DNA from: Chthoniobacterales bacterium
Lineage (GTDB): Bacteria; Verrucomicrobiota; Verrucomicrobiia; Chthoniobacterales; Chthoniobacteraceae
Direction: 5' to 3'
NCBI GenBank assembly: GCA_038207335.1
Contig: JBBQZX010000006.1
Location: 64,001 to 128,000, forward strand
DNA length: 64,000 bases
The position numbers and the translations under genes are program-made. How positions within the stretch are numbered: position 1 is the stretch's first letter; each line of letters opens with the position of its first letter. Under the pieces are notes generated by a model. It ran no database searches, was not told the DNA's origin, and was given only the letters and a program-made list of their open reading frames with translations. Below, piece after piece: positions 22,601-30,592 of this stretch.

Positions 22601-23684
22601 GAATGAGGAGCAGCCCATCCACCCGATTTACGGCTGCATTTTCGTCACGGACTTGGAGGAGGGCCTCGTGGTCGTGGACATCAACTGCCTGCGCGACGGC
22701 AACCCCGAGAACAACTTCCTCCGCCGCATGAAGCTCCACGACGACAAGGGCTCCGACGGCGACCACTACAATCCCGGCGGCGTGCTGACCGGCGCGACTT
22801 ACGGCGTCTGCGCCGGCACGCGACTCTACGTCACCACGCGGCGCGGCCTCGCGGTCGTGGATATTTCAAAGCCCGACCAGCCCCGCCTCATCGGGGAGCT
22901 CGCGGATGGGTTCCTCAAAAATCCGCGCGCCGTCTTCACCCAGTTCCGCTACGCGTTCGTCACGGACGACGATGGGTTGAAAGTCGTGGACATCACCGAT
23001 CCCGTGCGCCCGCGGGCGATCCCCGGCGCTGTCGTGCCGCTACGCGACCCGCATAAACTCTACGTGGCGCGCACCTACGCGTATGTCGCCGATGGGCGCG
23101 ATGGGCTCGCGATCATCGACGTGCAGAATCCTGAGCGGCCCAGACTCGACCAGATTTTCAACGCCAACGGCGTGCTCAACGACACGCGCGCGGTGCAAAT
23201 CGGCTCCGTCGCTGCGTCCATGTATGCGCTCGTCGCGGATGGCCACAACGGCCTCCGCATCCTGCAAATGATCTCGCCGGACACGGTCGAAGGCGCCGCC
23301 GGATTCAGCCCGCGCCCGGCCCCGCGCCTCATCGCCACGTATCCGACGAAAGAGCCGATGCTCGCCGTCTCGCGCGGCCTCGACCGCGACCGCGTGACCG
23401 ACGAGACCGGCCACCAGACCGTGGTCTTCGGCCGCCGCGGCGCGCGCCCCTTCCATCTGGATGAGATGCGCCCCTTCCTCCGCCACTCGGACGGCACGCT
23501 CTACAAGGTCGATGACGTAAAAATGAAGACCTTCATGGACGAGACGACCGACGCCACCGGCGCGAAACAGCGCACCGTCCGCACCGCGCTCTTCACGAAA
23601 GGCGGCCGCGAGATCGCCGCGCCGCCGCTCCCGAAGCCCGCGCCCGTCGAATCCGCCGAACTCGCGCCGCCCGTGACGCAGTAG
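19680..23684 (+). CDS. Secreted decaheme cytochrome c fused to a C-terminal LVIVD-repeat domain
   Basis: Sec-type signal and 10 CxxCH motifs (CVQCH, CIDCH, CGLCH, CSACH, CMNCH, CVDCH x2, CQICH, CFGCH, CTDCH). About 6 LVIVD-like repeats follow (e.g. YAYVADGRDGLAIIDVQNP, YAFVTDDDGLKVVDITDP). Confidence 0.88.
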   Translation: MRNIFFSSLLALTLGLGIMPASLGQQSEADASTKSGVGPPLSVPLLPTKRDAPLPKETEPTLELIPGATGSGPKTSAPRPVAATRSGVVRNWIDQTEAEAQRKSAGCVQCHVSTDAHTMHTSRNVVLGCIDCHGGNPARGLPIEQAHVPPHNPEFWRTSANPANATVVLNHESPEFIRFVNPGDLRAAEKACGLCHGDIVKRVGNSMMNHGTMLWNAAAYNNGAIDSKNAIVGQAYGEDGVPLILNNPFKPTAEETRKYGFIAQLVPLPRFNRGMPGNTLRIFEKGGMLPLSLGIPTLDEPPGKPERRLSDRGLGTLNRTDPVILGASKTRLHDPMLGFMGSNDRPGDYRSSGCSACHVVYANDRSPTNSGWWSKYGHQGLSFSKDPTISKNESGHPILHQFTRSIPSAQCMNCHMHQGNLFVNPFLGYTWWDQETDADLMYPKEQHDPTDDELVRATVQNPEAAAARGNWGNPDFLQKVAELNPLLKHTQFADYHGHGWVFRAVFKQDKKGNRLDLNDNIIEHSDFKHAVHLNDVHIQKGMQCVDCHFEIEVHGNGLLYGEPRNVTTITCVDCHGTVEKRPRLVTTGAGGHWNEKAHMLQPIDLQKTATPWKPRFEWEGDRLFQNSTLSPDIRWEIPQTVDVIDPLSPKYNAKARYAKTLQRDGETWGSVPDSPEQCAAKLAHSNKAMDCQICHTSWATSCFGCHLPMKANQRVAQNKYEGVIDRNYTTYNPQVVRDDVFMLGIDGTVKKHRMAVLRSSSAVVVSSQNQNREWVYSQAQTVSGDGYSGQAFNPHFPHTTSGRGTTKNCTDCHLSKNNDNNAWMTSLLGFGTGTVNFFGRYAWVGGEHALHGVVWTEADEPQSPIGSSFQSKAYPRDFADHLKNKRVLKTAYEHHASEINDLTLHGEYLYTANGKSGLEVFDVANIDQKGFSERFNSAPVSPLGQRTYVRTKFATSAALAGTMVNDPVRIQNPENEEQPIHPIYGCIFVTDLEEGLVVVDINCLRDGNPENNFLRRMKLHDDKGSDGDHYNPGGVLTGATYGVCAGTRLYVTTRRGLAVVDISKPDQPRLIGELADGFLKNPRAVFTQFRYAFVTDDDGLKVVDITDPVRPRAIPGAVVPLRDPHKLYVARTYAYVADGRDGLAIIDVQNPERPRLDQIFNANGVLNDTRAVQIGSVAASMYALVADGHNGLRILQMISPDTVEGAAGFSPRPAPRLIATYPTKEPMLAVSRGLDRDRVTDETGHQTVVFGRRGARPFHLDEMRPFLRHSDGTLYKVDDVKMKTFMDETTDATGAKQRTVRTALFTKGGREIAAPPLPKPAPVESAELAPPVTQ

Positions 23685-23728
23685 GGCGGCGGGGGGGGGA
23701 GGCCGCGAATGGGGCTAGTCTGTGCGTT

Positions 23729-23784
23729 TGTAGGGCGGCCACCCTGGCTGCCTGGGGCCGGGCGGCGAAAATCGCCGCCCTACA
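23729..23784. repeat. GTAG-type REP-like palindromic element
   Basis: TGTAGGGCGGC ... GCCGCCCTACA inverted termini with an internal hairpin GGGCGGCGA-AAA-TCGCCGCCC. A second GTAGGGCGGC overlaps the cytochrome stop at 23681. Confidence 0.55.
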
Positions 23785-23841
23785 ACCAGGAATGTGCTTG
23801 CGCCGCGGGCGCTGTTTCCTAGGATGCCGGAGCGTTTTTGA

Positions 23842-24105
23842 GTCCAGCAGTGTCGCGATGTCGGAGGAGTCGGGGATGGGGAGGGCGTTCCGGGGCTGTT
23901 CACGCGGCGGGTGGATGCGGCGGCGCTGGGGCTGGCGTACACGGTGGAGTTTAGCGGCGATCTCACGGCGTGGGAGCCGAGCACTGCAACGCCGGCGGTG
24001 CTGGCGTCCAGCGGGAGCTACGAGATCGTGAGTGTGCCTTACCCGGCGCTGGCGGGCGGGCTGCCGGCGCGCTTTTTCCGCGTGCGAGTGACGCTGGCGC
24101 CATGA
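23842..24105 (+). pseudogene. Remnant: isolated C-terminal domain of a secreted Verrucomicrobia-type protein
   Basis: LFTRRVDAAALGLAYTVEFSGDLTAW...ARFFRVRVTLAP*, the same domain style as the end of the 1..534 ORF. An in-frame TGA at 23839 lies upstream and there is no signal peptide. Confidence 0.55.
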
Positions 24106-24211
24106 GGCGGCAGGGCACCCTGAGCTTGCTGCGCTCGGGGGGCGAAATAAAGTCGGCGTTTTGGTGAACTAACGCGTTGCACTCCGCGCGCGGATTTTCT
24201 ACACCAAACGC

Positions 24212-24451
24212 ATGGCTGATAAATCAATCAAAGTACCCGGAAACGTGGCTGGCGCATGGTATGTGGACACGACCTGCACCCCTTGCCGCACCTGCATGGA
24301 AGTCGCAGGCGTCGATGCGCTCCTAAAGTGGAACGACGATGAGACGCAGGTCTTCTTCCACGCGCAACCGGCCGACGACGCGCAGACTGCGATCGCCGAC
24401 GAAGCGATGGCCGTCTGCCCGACTGCGGCGATCGGCAACGACGGCGAGTAA
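24212..24451 (+). CDS. Single-cluster ferredoxin
   Basis: NVAGAWYVDTTCTPCRTC ... CPTAAI (CxxCxxC...CP), acidic, 79 aa. Confidence 0.9.
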   Translation: MADKSIKVPGNVAGAWYVDTTCTPCRTCMEVAGVDALLKWNDDETQVFFHAQPADDAQTAIADEAMAVCPTAAIGNDGE

Positions 24452-24475
24452 ATCGCCCGTCGCCCGCGAGCCCTG

Positions 24476-25108
24476 TCATTTCAAGGCTTCGTGGACTGCG
24501 GCATCCCAGCGCGGCCAGTCCGCGCCGTAGTTTTTCCTGAGCAGCAGTTCGAGATTTTCGCGCGCCTGCGCGCTGAAGGGATGCGCGGGATTTTCCGCAA
24601 TCGCGAGCAGTGTCGGCAGGGCGATGGCGTCCGGTCTTTCGAGAAGATCGGCGAAAAGCACGCCGAGCACGCGCCCGTGTGTTTGCGGATTGAGCAAGCG
24701 CACCGAAGCCGAGGCGTAGGCGGAATCCGGGAGCCTTTCGCCGGCCTCGCGCGCGGCGTCGTCCAGCGCCTCGGGTGGGAGCGAATCGAGCATCGCGAGC
24801 AGCGCTTTCGCTTTTCCCGCGTCGTCGAGCGCGCCGTTCCGGGTCACGAGCGCGATGCGTGCTTCCCACTCGGGCGCACCGCGATCGAGTGCCAGCGGGG
24901 GAGGCGTCGTGGGCGCGGGTTCGTCAAACGGCATCGCGGGATCGGCGTGCAAAATCGGCTGCGGCGCGGGCGTCGAGCTGATCGGTGCGATTTCTCCCGA
25001 CCGCGCAGGAGCCGAACTTCGCGGCACGGCGTCCCGGTCTTTGTGTCGAGAAAGGAGCGCAATCACGACGCACGCCACCGCTACGACAAAGAGAAAGCGC
25101 ACACGCAT
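24476..25108 (-). CDS. Hypothetical protein: N-terminal anchor, Pro-rich linker, helical domain
   Basis: Hydrophobic N-terminus, PAP-rich linker, Ala/Leu-rich helical C-terminus; fills the gap before tRNA-Arg. Confidence 0.65.
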   Translation of the reverse strand: MRVRFLFVVAVACVVIALLSRHKDRDAVPRSSAPARSGEIAPISSTPAPQPILHADPAMPFDEPAPTTPPPLALDRGAPEWEARIALVTRNGALDDAGKAKALLAMLDSLPPEALDDAAREAGERLPDSAYASASVRLLNPQTHGRVLGVLFADLLERPDAIALPTLLAIAENPAHPFSAQARENLELLLRKNYGADWPRWDAAVHEALK

Positions 25109-25241
25109 CGCTCGGACCCTAGCTCGCCGCTCTGCCGCGCTTCAATCTCCGCGGTGCATTCACGCTACCGTTCGCAAATCACCACTTTTCCAATGACAAG
25201 GTGCCCCGCATCGGCCTAAATAATCCTCCGCGTCATCGCAC

Positions 25242-25315
25242 GCGTCCGTAGCTCAACTGGATAGAGCGCTGCCCTCCGAAGGCAGAGGTTGTGGGTTCAA
25301 ATCCCGCCGGGCGCA
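25242..25315 (+). tRNA. tRNA-Arg(CCG)
   Basis: GCGTCCG/CGGGCGC acceptor, CTGCC-CTCCGAA-GGCAG anticodon arm, GTTCAAATC T-loop; CCA not encoded. Confidence 0.96.
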
Positions 25316-25325
25316 CGTCGCTTTC

Positions 25326-26045
25326 TCAGTCGGCAAATCGAAACCGTACGGGCACCTCGACCTTTGCGCGGACCGCCACTCCGTTCCTCGTCGCAGGGTC
25401 GAAACGCCAGGTACGCACCGAATCCAGCGCCGCGCGATCCAGCGCCGGATGGCCGCTGCCGTGCTGGATCGCTGCGCGGCTGACCCGGCCCGAAGGATCC
25501 ACAGATACGAGCACGACCACGATGCCTTCCAAGTGCTCCGCGCGAGCGGAGGCGGGGTAGGGGGGCTTGTATCGCGTGCGATACCGTGGCGGCGTGTAAT
25601 CTCCCCGCTGCCCGCCGCCGCTGCCACCGCCGATTTGTGCGCCGCCCTCGTTTCCATTTGCCCCGCGTCTCGGCGCGATTTCCTTGCGGCGAGCAGGCGC
25701 GGCCTCTCGCTTTGCGCTGACTTTTTCCAAGGGAGGTGAAATGTCCGCCGCAACCGCGAGCGGTCCCACGCTAGTGAGCTGTGGAGGCAGGGGCGGCGGC
25801 GTCACCAAGACGGGTGGCTCCACCGGTTGTGTGAAAATTGCCACCTCCGGTTCTGGCGGGCTCGCTGCTGGTTGCTCCACGCCTACTAGCGGTTCCGCGT
25901 AGGCGTCACTTTCGATCAAAAACGAAACCGTGGGCTCGGCCCTTCCCGGCCCGTGGTCGGTGGCATGAGAGCCCGCCCAGTCGCCGAACAAGGCCAGCGC
26001 TCCGGCATGAAGCGCGAGCGAAACCGTGAATGCAGCCCGCGACAT
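25326..26045 (-). CDS. tonB: Energy transducer TonB-family protein
   Basis: N-terminal TM with SLALH (SxxxH), Pro-rich linker, TonB_C domain (PPYPASAR...EG.V.V.V.VD..GRV...SG...LDRAALD.V..WRF.PA). Confidence 0.88.
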   Translation of the reverse strand: MSRAAFTVSLALHAGALALFGDWAGSHATDHGPGRAEPTVSFLIESDAYAEPLVGVEQPAASPPEPEVAIFTQPVEPPVLVTPPPLPPQLTSVGPLAVAADISPPLEKVSAKREAAPARRKEIAPRRGANGNEGGAQIGGGSGGGQRGDYTPPRYRTRYKPPYPASARAEHLEGIVVVLVSVDPSGRVSRAAIQHGSGHPALDRAALDSVRTWRFDPATRNGVAVRAKVEVPVRFRFAD

Positions 26046-26094
26046 GATCTTAAACCTCAACGACGATTCAAAATTCGGCGAAGCGCAAACTTCA

Positions 26095-26985
26095 TCAGTT
26101 CTGCCGCCCGCTGGTCGGCACGTATGCCTGCTCGCTGTGCCTGCCGGGGCCGAAATCGTAGCCGAGAATCAGGAACGCGATTTGGCAATCGGTGTCGCGA
26201 TTCGTCCCGAACATGCACGACAAATCGACGTGCGTGTGCCGCGTCGGCCGCCACTGCGCGCTTGGCCCCATGCTGAACTGATCCATCGCATCACCGCGCT
26301 CTCCACGCACGCTGTCGTGGTCATAAAGAAACTCCACGCCGAGGCTCAGCTTTCCGTCGATGATCGCGTAGCTCAGCCCGCCGGGAATCTGAAACTCCTG
26401 CTCGCGTTCGCCGCCGATCGCCGCTTCCCAGACGAAATTCACCGCCCAATGCCAGCGCTTCGCGAACTCGTCGCCGAGCAGCAGCTTGCACTCATAGACA
26501 TCCGGGCCCCAATGCTGGTCGGCGAATTTGTATTCCGCATACAGCGTCGGGTTGCCCCAGATTTTACCCCAGTCAGCGAGCGCCCACCGCAACTCCACAT
26601 TGAAACTTTGGTAGTGAAACCGCCCGCGGTCGTCCCCCTCGATGTCGTTGTAAAGATCGAGCTGCATCCGGTACGGCAGGCCGATTTCCACCTCTTCGAG
26701 AAGGCGATGTGAAAGCGAACCATCGCGGTGATTCTTGATCCTCCACCAACTCTCGACGCCCACCTCCCACGGCTCTTGTTGGATGTAAACGCGCGCGCCG
26801 GGAAAGCGCCTCGCGCTAGTCCACTCGGGTCTTCCGGTAAGACCGATCGGCGTGCTTTCGGTGAGCACGGAATTGAGCGCAGTAGTGGTCGTCTCGGGAA
26901 GGCGGGTCGCGGCGCGGTCCTGCGCGTGAACGTTGGCGAGCGAAGCGATGGCGAGGATGAAAATGCGAAGGTGGAATCGGATCAT
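26095..26985 (-). CDS. Secreted hypothetical protein, probable small outer-membrane beta-barrel
   Basis: Sec signal (AIASLANVHA-Q); aromatic-rich alternating beta-strand pattern, ending ...FLILGYDF before a short tail. Confidence 0.65.
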   Translation of the reverse strand: MIRFHLRIFILAIASLANVHAQDRAATRLPETTTTALNSVLTESTPIGLTGRPEWTSARRFPGARVYIQQEPWEVGVESWWRIKNHRDGSLSHRLLEEVEIGLPYRMQLDLYNDIEGDDRGRFHYQSFNVELRWALADWGKIWGNPTLYAEYKFADQHWGPDVYECKLLLGDEFAKRWHWAVNFVWEAAIGGEREQEFQIPGGLSYAIIDGKLSLGVEFLYDHDSVRGERGDAMDQFSMGPSAQWRPTRHTHVDLSCMFGTNRDTDCQIAFLILGYDFGPGRHSEQAYVPTSGRQN

Positions 26986-27014
26986 GGATGGTGGGTTGAA
27001 GTGCGGCACCCTTT

Positions 27015-27031
27015 AGCAGCGCAAATGCCAA
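27015..27031 (-). promoter_or_regulatory. Sigma54 (-24/-12) promoter for the OMP-tonB operon
   Basis: Minus strand reads TTGGCATTTGCGCTGCT (GG-N10-GC), 30 nt upstream of ATG 26985. A sigma54 activator is encoded divergently. Confidence 0.7.
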
Positions 27032-27140
27032 GGGGGTTTTTGGGCGATGCAAAGCAGCGCAAGCGAATCGCGTTTTCAAATGTCGAGTCGGCTTGAAAGG
27101 CTGATTCCATCAGCTTCTCCCGCTCACCGTGTGTGTGATT

Positions 27141-27236
27141 GCTAAAAATTTATCCGATCTCTTGGCGGCAACCGTGGCATAATTAATCGGGATACAAATG
27201 CACCTGACTCTTGTCAGTCATGAATACATAATATCC
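27141..27236. promoter_or_regulatory. Candidate enhancer (UAS) sites for the adjacent activator
   Basis: Three imperfect GGATA-N5-TATCC-like palindromes (27141-27155, 27190-27204, 27222-27236) plus CTGAC-N4-GTCAG, in an AT-rich patch 110-200 bp upstream of the sigma54 site. Confidence 0.4.
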
Positions 27237-27246
27237 ACTCCTTGCC

Positions 27247-28605
27247 GTGCCGCTTCGACTCCGCATCCCCACGTTTTGGCTCCGCATTGCGCTACCTTTT
27301 CTACTTTTCGTCGCGGCGGGTTCGGTCGCGCTCGCGCTCTGGATTCAGCGCGCCGCGCAGCGCGAATCGGATGCCGTATTCGCCGCGCTTGCGCGCACGA
27401 ACGCCGAATTTTTTCGCGACCGACGTCTGGCTCTCAGCGAGCGAATGGCTGGCTACATTAGCCAGATGCTCAATGCGCACGCGTTCGTCCGGCGCGGTTC
27501 GGAACTCCTCCCGGAACCCGATTCGGAGCTCGCCGGGCAACGCGAGCAACTTCTCGCCCTGCGTGCGGATCAAGGCGTGATGCGGATTGGCGGTGTGTTC
27601 GAGGCAATCGCCGCGCCGGTCGATGGTGAGGTTTCGCTACTGCTTGCACGGCCTGCGGCGCGACCGTTTGCATTCCTGCTGCAGCGCGAGACGCTGCTTG
27701 TGCTCGTTGCATTCTGGCTGCTCTCGATCGCGCTCGCATGGGCGATCACGCGTGGAGTCGTGCGTCCGCTCCGCCTGCTCGCGCTGCGGCTGCCGCACAT
27801 CGGTCACGACTCCGAAGCCACGCTGCCCGGCACCGATCGCGACGACGAAATCGGCCAACTGGCGCGCGCCTATCTCGTCACCCGCGCGCAGCTCGCGGAG
27901 GAGCGTGCACGCCGCGAGCAAGCCGAGCGGCTCGCGATCCTCGGGCGCATGGCCACCGGCCTCGCGCACGAGATTCACAATCCACTCTCGGCCATCCGAA
28001 TGCACAGCCAGCTCATCGATTGCGCGCCGCCTGGCGACGTCGAAGACGCCGCGCGCACATCGATTCCCGTGCTCCTCGGTGAGACGGCGAAAATCGAGAG
28101 TCTCGTGAATCAGTGGATGTTCCTCGCGCGCCCCGCGCCGCCCGAAACAACACGCACCGACCTAGCGGAGCTCGTCGCTGAAGTCGTGCGCGCCCAATGC
28201 GCGCACGCCGCTCACGCTGAGGTCATTTTGGAAAACTCAACCGCCGCTGGCCTGGTCGTCGCTGCGGATTCGCGTCGCCTGTCCCAAGCGCTCAGCAATG
28301 TCGTCATTAACGCGATTCAAGCCATGCCCGACGGCGGCACGCTCCGCATCACGGGCGAGCTCGAGGAGGCCCACGCACGACTCGTTTTCCACGACACCGG
28401 CCCTGGCTTTTCGAGCGCCGCACTCGACCGCCACAGCGAGCTTTTCTTCTCCGAAAAGGAAGGCGGCATGGGCATCGGGCTCAACGTAACCGCGGAGATT
28501 TTGAAAGCTCACGGCGGGGCGCTCACCACCGCAAATTCTCCGCACGGCGGCGCGATCGTGACGCTCGAAGTCCCGATCATCTCAACTCCCGACTCTCAAC
28601 TCTAA
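27247..28605 (+). CDS. Membrane sensor histidine kinase (HAMP-HisKA-HATPase)
   Basis: Two TM helices, HAMP (DEIGQLA), H-box LAHEIHNPL, N-box NAIQAM, DTGPG, GGMGIGL. Confidence 0.92.
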   Translation: MPLRLRIPTFWLRIALPFLLFVAAGSVALALWIQRAAQRESDAVFAALARTNAEFFRDRRLALSERMAGYISQMLNAHAFVRRGSELLPEPDSELAGQREQLLALRADQGVMRIGGVFEAIAAPVDGEVSLLLARPAARPFAFLLQRETLLVLVAFWLLSIALAWAITRGVVRPLRLLALRLPHIGHDSEATLPGTDRDDEIGQLARAYLVTRAQLAEERARREQAERLAILGRMATGLAHEIHNPLSAIRMHSQLIDCAPPGDVEDAARTSIPVLLGETAKIESLVNQWMFLARPAPPETTRTDLAELVAEVVRAQCAHAAHAEVILENSTAAGLVVAADSRRLSQALSNVVINAIQAMPDGGTLRITGELEEAHARLVFHDTGPGFSSAALDRHSELFFSEKEGGMGIGLNVTAEILKAHGGALTTANSPHGGAIVTLEVPIISTPDSQL

Positions 28606-28613
28606 ACCCGCCT

Positions 28614-29966
28614 TTGAACCCGATTCTCATCATCGAAGACGAGCACGCGCTCGCGTCCGCGCTCGTCGCTGTCTGCCAGCGTCTCGGCCGCACCGCGCAG
28701 CCGTGCTACTCCGCAAAACGCGGACTCGACGCAGCCGCGCGCGCCGAGTTCGACCTTGTGATTTTGGACATCGGGTTGCCGGACATGAGCGGGCTCGACG
28801 TGTTGAAAAAACTGCGCGCCTCGGCTCCCGCGCTGCCCGTCGTCATCGTCACTGCGCACGGCAGCCTCGATAACGCCGTGGCCGCCCGAAAACACGGCGC
28901 GGTCGCGTATCTCGTGAAGCCGCTCGACCTGCACGAAGTCCAGGAAACCGTGCGCATCGCGCTCGCCGCGCTGCGCCCCTCCGCGGTGCGAAAAGCCGAG
29001 CCGCGAACGCTGCTCATCGGCGGTACCACCGCGCTTCAAAAAAGCTTCGTGGAAATCGCGCACGCCTGCGCCAGCGACGCGCCCGTCCTGCTATCCGGCG
29101 CGACCGGCACGGGCAAGACGCTGACCGCGCGAATCATCCACACGAACAGTGCGCGAGCCGACGCGCCATTCGTCGCGCTGCATTGCAGCGCGCTGCCGGA
29201 GGCGCTCTTGGAGAGCGAGCTTTTCGGTCATGAGAAGCACGCCTTCACCGGTGCCAACACCGCGCGCGCCGGGCACATCGAGCGTGCGGAAGGCGGCACG
29301 CTTTTCCTCGACGAAATCGCGGACATCTCGCTCGCGATCCAAGCGAAGCTTTTGCGCTTCGTAGAAGAGCGCGCCTTCCATCGAGTTGGCGGTCGCGAAG
29401 ATCGGCGTGTCGATTGCCGCATCATCACTGCGACCAATAAAAGCCTGCGCGAAGAAGTGAAGGCGGGTCGCTTCCGCGAGGATTTATATTACCGCCTGCA
29501 CGTCCTCGAAATCGAGATGCCTGCGCTCCGCGAGCGCCGCGCGGACATCCCTGCGCTCGCTCGATATTTCCTCGCGCAACTCGCGCCACAGCGCCTCCTC
29601 GAACTCGGCAACGAAACGCTGCGACTGCTCGAAAGGCACGACTGGCCCGGCAACGTCCGCGAGCTCCGCAACGTGATGGAACACGTCGTCGCAGTCACGC
29701 CTGCGGCGACGATCCTGCCGTCTCACCTGCCGCGCGATTTTGCGCCCGCGCGAAAATCAGCACCCGCACCTGCCTTGCGTCCCGCGCTTCATGAATGGCT
29801 CACGCAGCAACTCGAAAGAGGAGCGAATTTTGACCAAATCGAGCACGCCCTCGAAGCACTGGTGCTGCAAGACTTGCTCCCGCGTTACGACGAAAAGCCA
29901 ACGCTGATGGCGCGCGAATTGGAAATCAACCGCGTGACTCTTCGACGGAAAATGAGTCGGCTTTAG
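28614..29966 (+). CDS. NtrC-family sigma54-dependent response regulator (REC-AAA+-HTH)
   Basis: REC domain (IEDE, LDIGLPD, KP), Walker A GATGTGKT, ESELFGHEKHAFTGA, LFLDEI, FREDLYYRL, WPGNVREL; TTG start. Confidence 0.93.
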   Translation: MNPILIIEDEHALASALVAVCQRLGRTAQPCYSAKRGLDAAARAEFDLVILDIGLPDMSGLDVLKKLRASAPALPVVIVTAHGSLDNAVAARKHGAVAYLVKPLDLHEVQETVRIALAALRPSAVRKAEPRTLLIGGTTALQKSFVEIAHACASDAPVLLSGATGTGKTLTARIIHTNSARADAPFVALHCSALPEALLESELFGHEKHAFTGANTARAGHIERAEGGTLFLDEIADISLAIQAKLLRFVEERAFHRVGGREDRRVDCRIITATNKSLREEVKAGRFREDLYYRLHVLEIEMPALRERRADIPALARYFLAQLAPQRLLELGNETLRLLERHDWPGNVRELRNVMEHVVAVTPAATILPSHLPRDFAPARKSAPAPALRPALHEWLTQQLERGANFDQIEHALEALVLQDLLPRYDEKPTLMARELEINRVTLRRKMSRL

Positions 29967-29982
29967 CGATCTCGATCAGCTT

Positions 29983-30513
29983 CTACTTTGTCGCGTCCTT
30001 GATCGTGTCGCCGATTTTCTGCGCGGTTTCTTCGATCGCGTTGCCTGCCTTTTTCGCGCCCGCCTCGAGTTCCGCGCCGACGTGCACCGTGGCGTCTTTT
30101 GCTTTCTCCGCGCCAGTCCGCGCGTCTGGCGCGGGCTCGATGCCCACAGCGGATTTCGTCTCCATCGCGGAAAAGCGCGCGGCCTGTTTGATTCGGTAGG
30201 ATTCGAGATTTTTCCGTTTCACGGCAGCCTCCGCGCGATCGTCCCCCGCAGTTTTTGCCACGCGCGCATCGAGTTCCGCGATCTCGCCATCGAGTTCGGC
30301 CATCGCCGTTTTCACGTCGGCCCGATGCTCTGCGGTGGGCGCGCGATCGAACGCATCGATCGCGTCGCCGAGCCGCATTGTCTCCAGCGTTTTGGTCTGT
30401 ACATCAGGTTCCGCCATCGACGCGGTCGGAGCGGTGACCGCGGTTTTGCGATCGCACGCGGTGACAAAGATGAATGAGGTCGTTGCGATTGCGGCGGCGG
30501 TGGATGCGTTCAT
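29983..30513 (-). CDS. Putative lipoprotein, Ala/Lys-rich coiled coil
   Basis: Lipobox-like FVTA-C; helical, LEA/YtxH-like C-terminus. Confidence 0.6.
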   Translation of the reverse strand: MNASTAAAIATTSFIFVTACDRKTAVTAPTASMAEPDVQTKTLETMRLGDAIDAFDRAPTAEHRADVKTAMAELDGEIAELDARVAKTAGDDRAEAAVKRKNLESYRIKQAARFSAMETKSAVGIEPAPDARTGAEKAKDATVHVGAELEAGAKKAGNAIEETAQKIGDTIKDATK

Positions 30514-30592
30514 ATTCAAAGGATTCGCGGTTGCAGCCGGGTTCGGCGGTGTTGCGCACAGTCGCGTTTCGTCGAGGATGCGCGCCCGCAAA

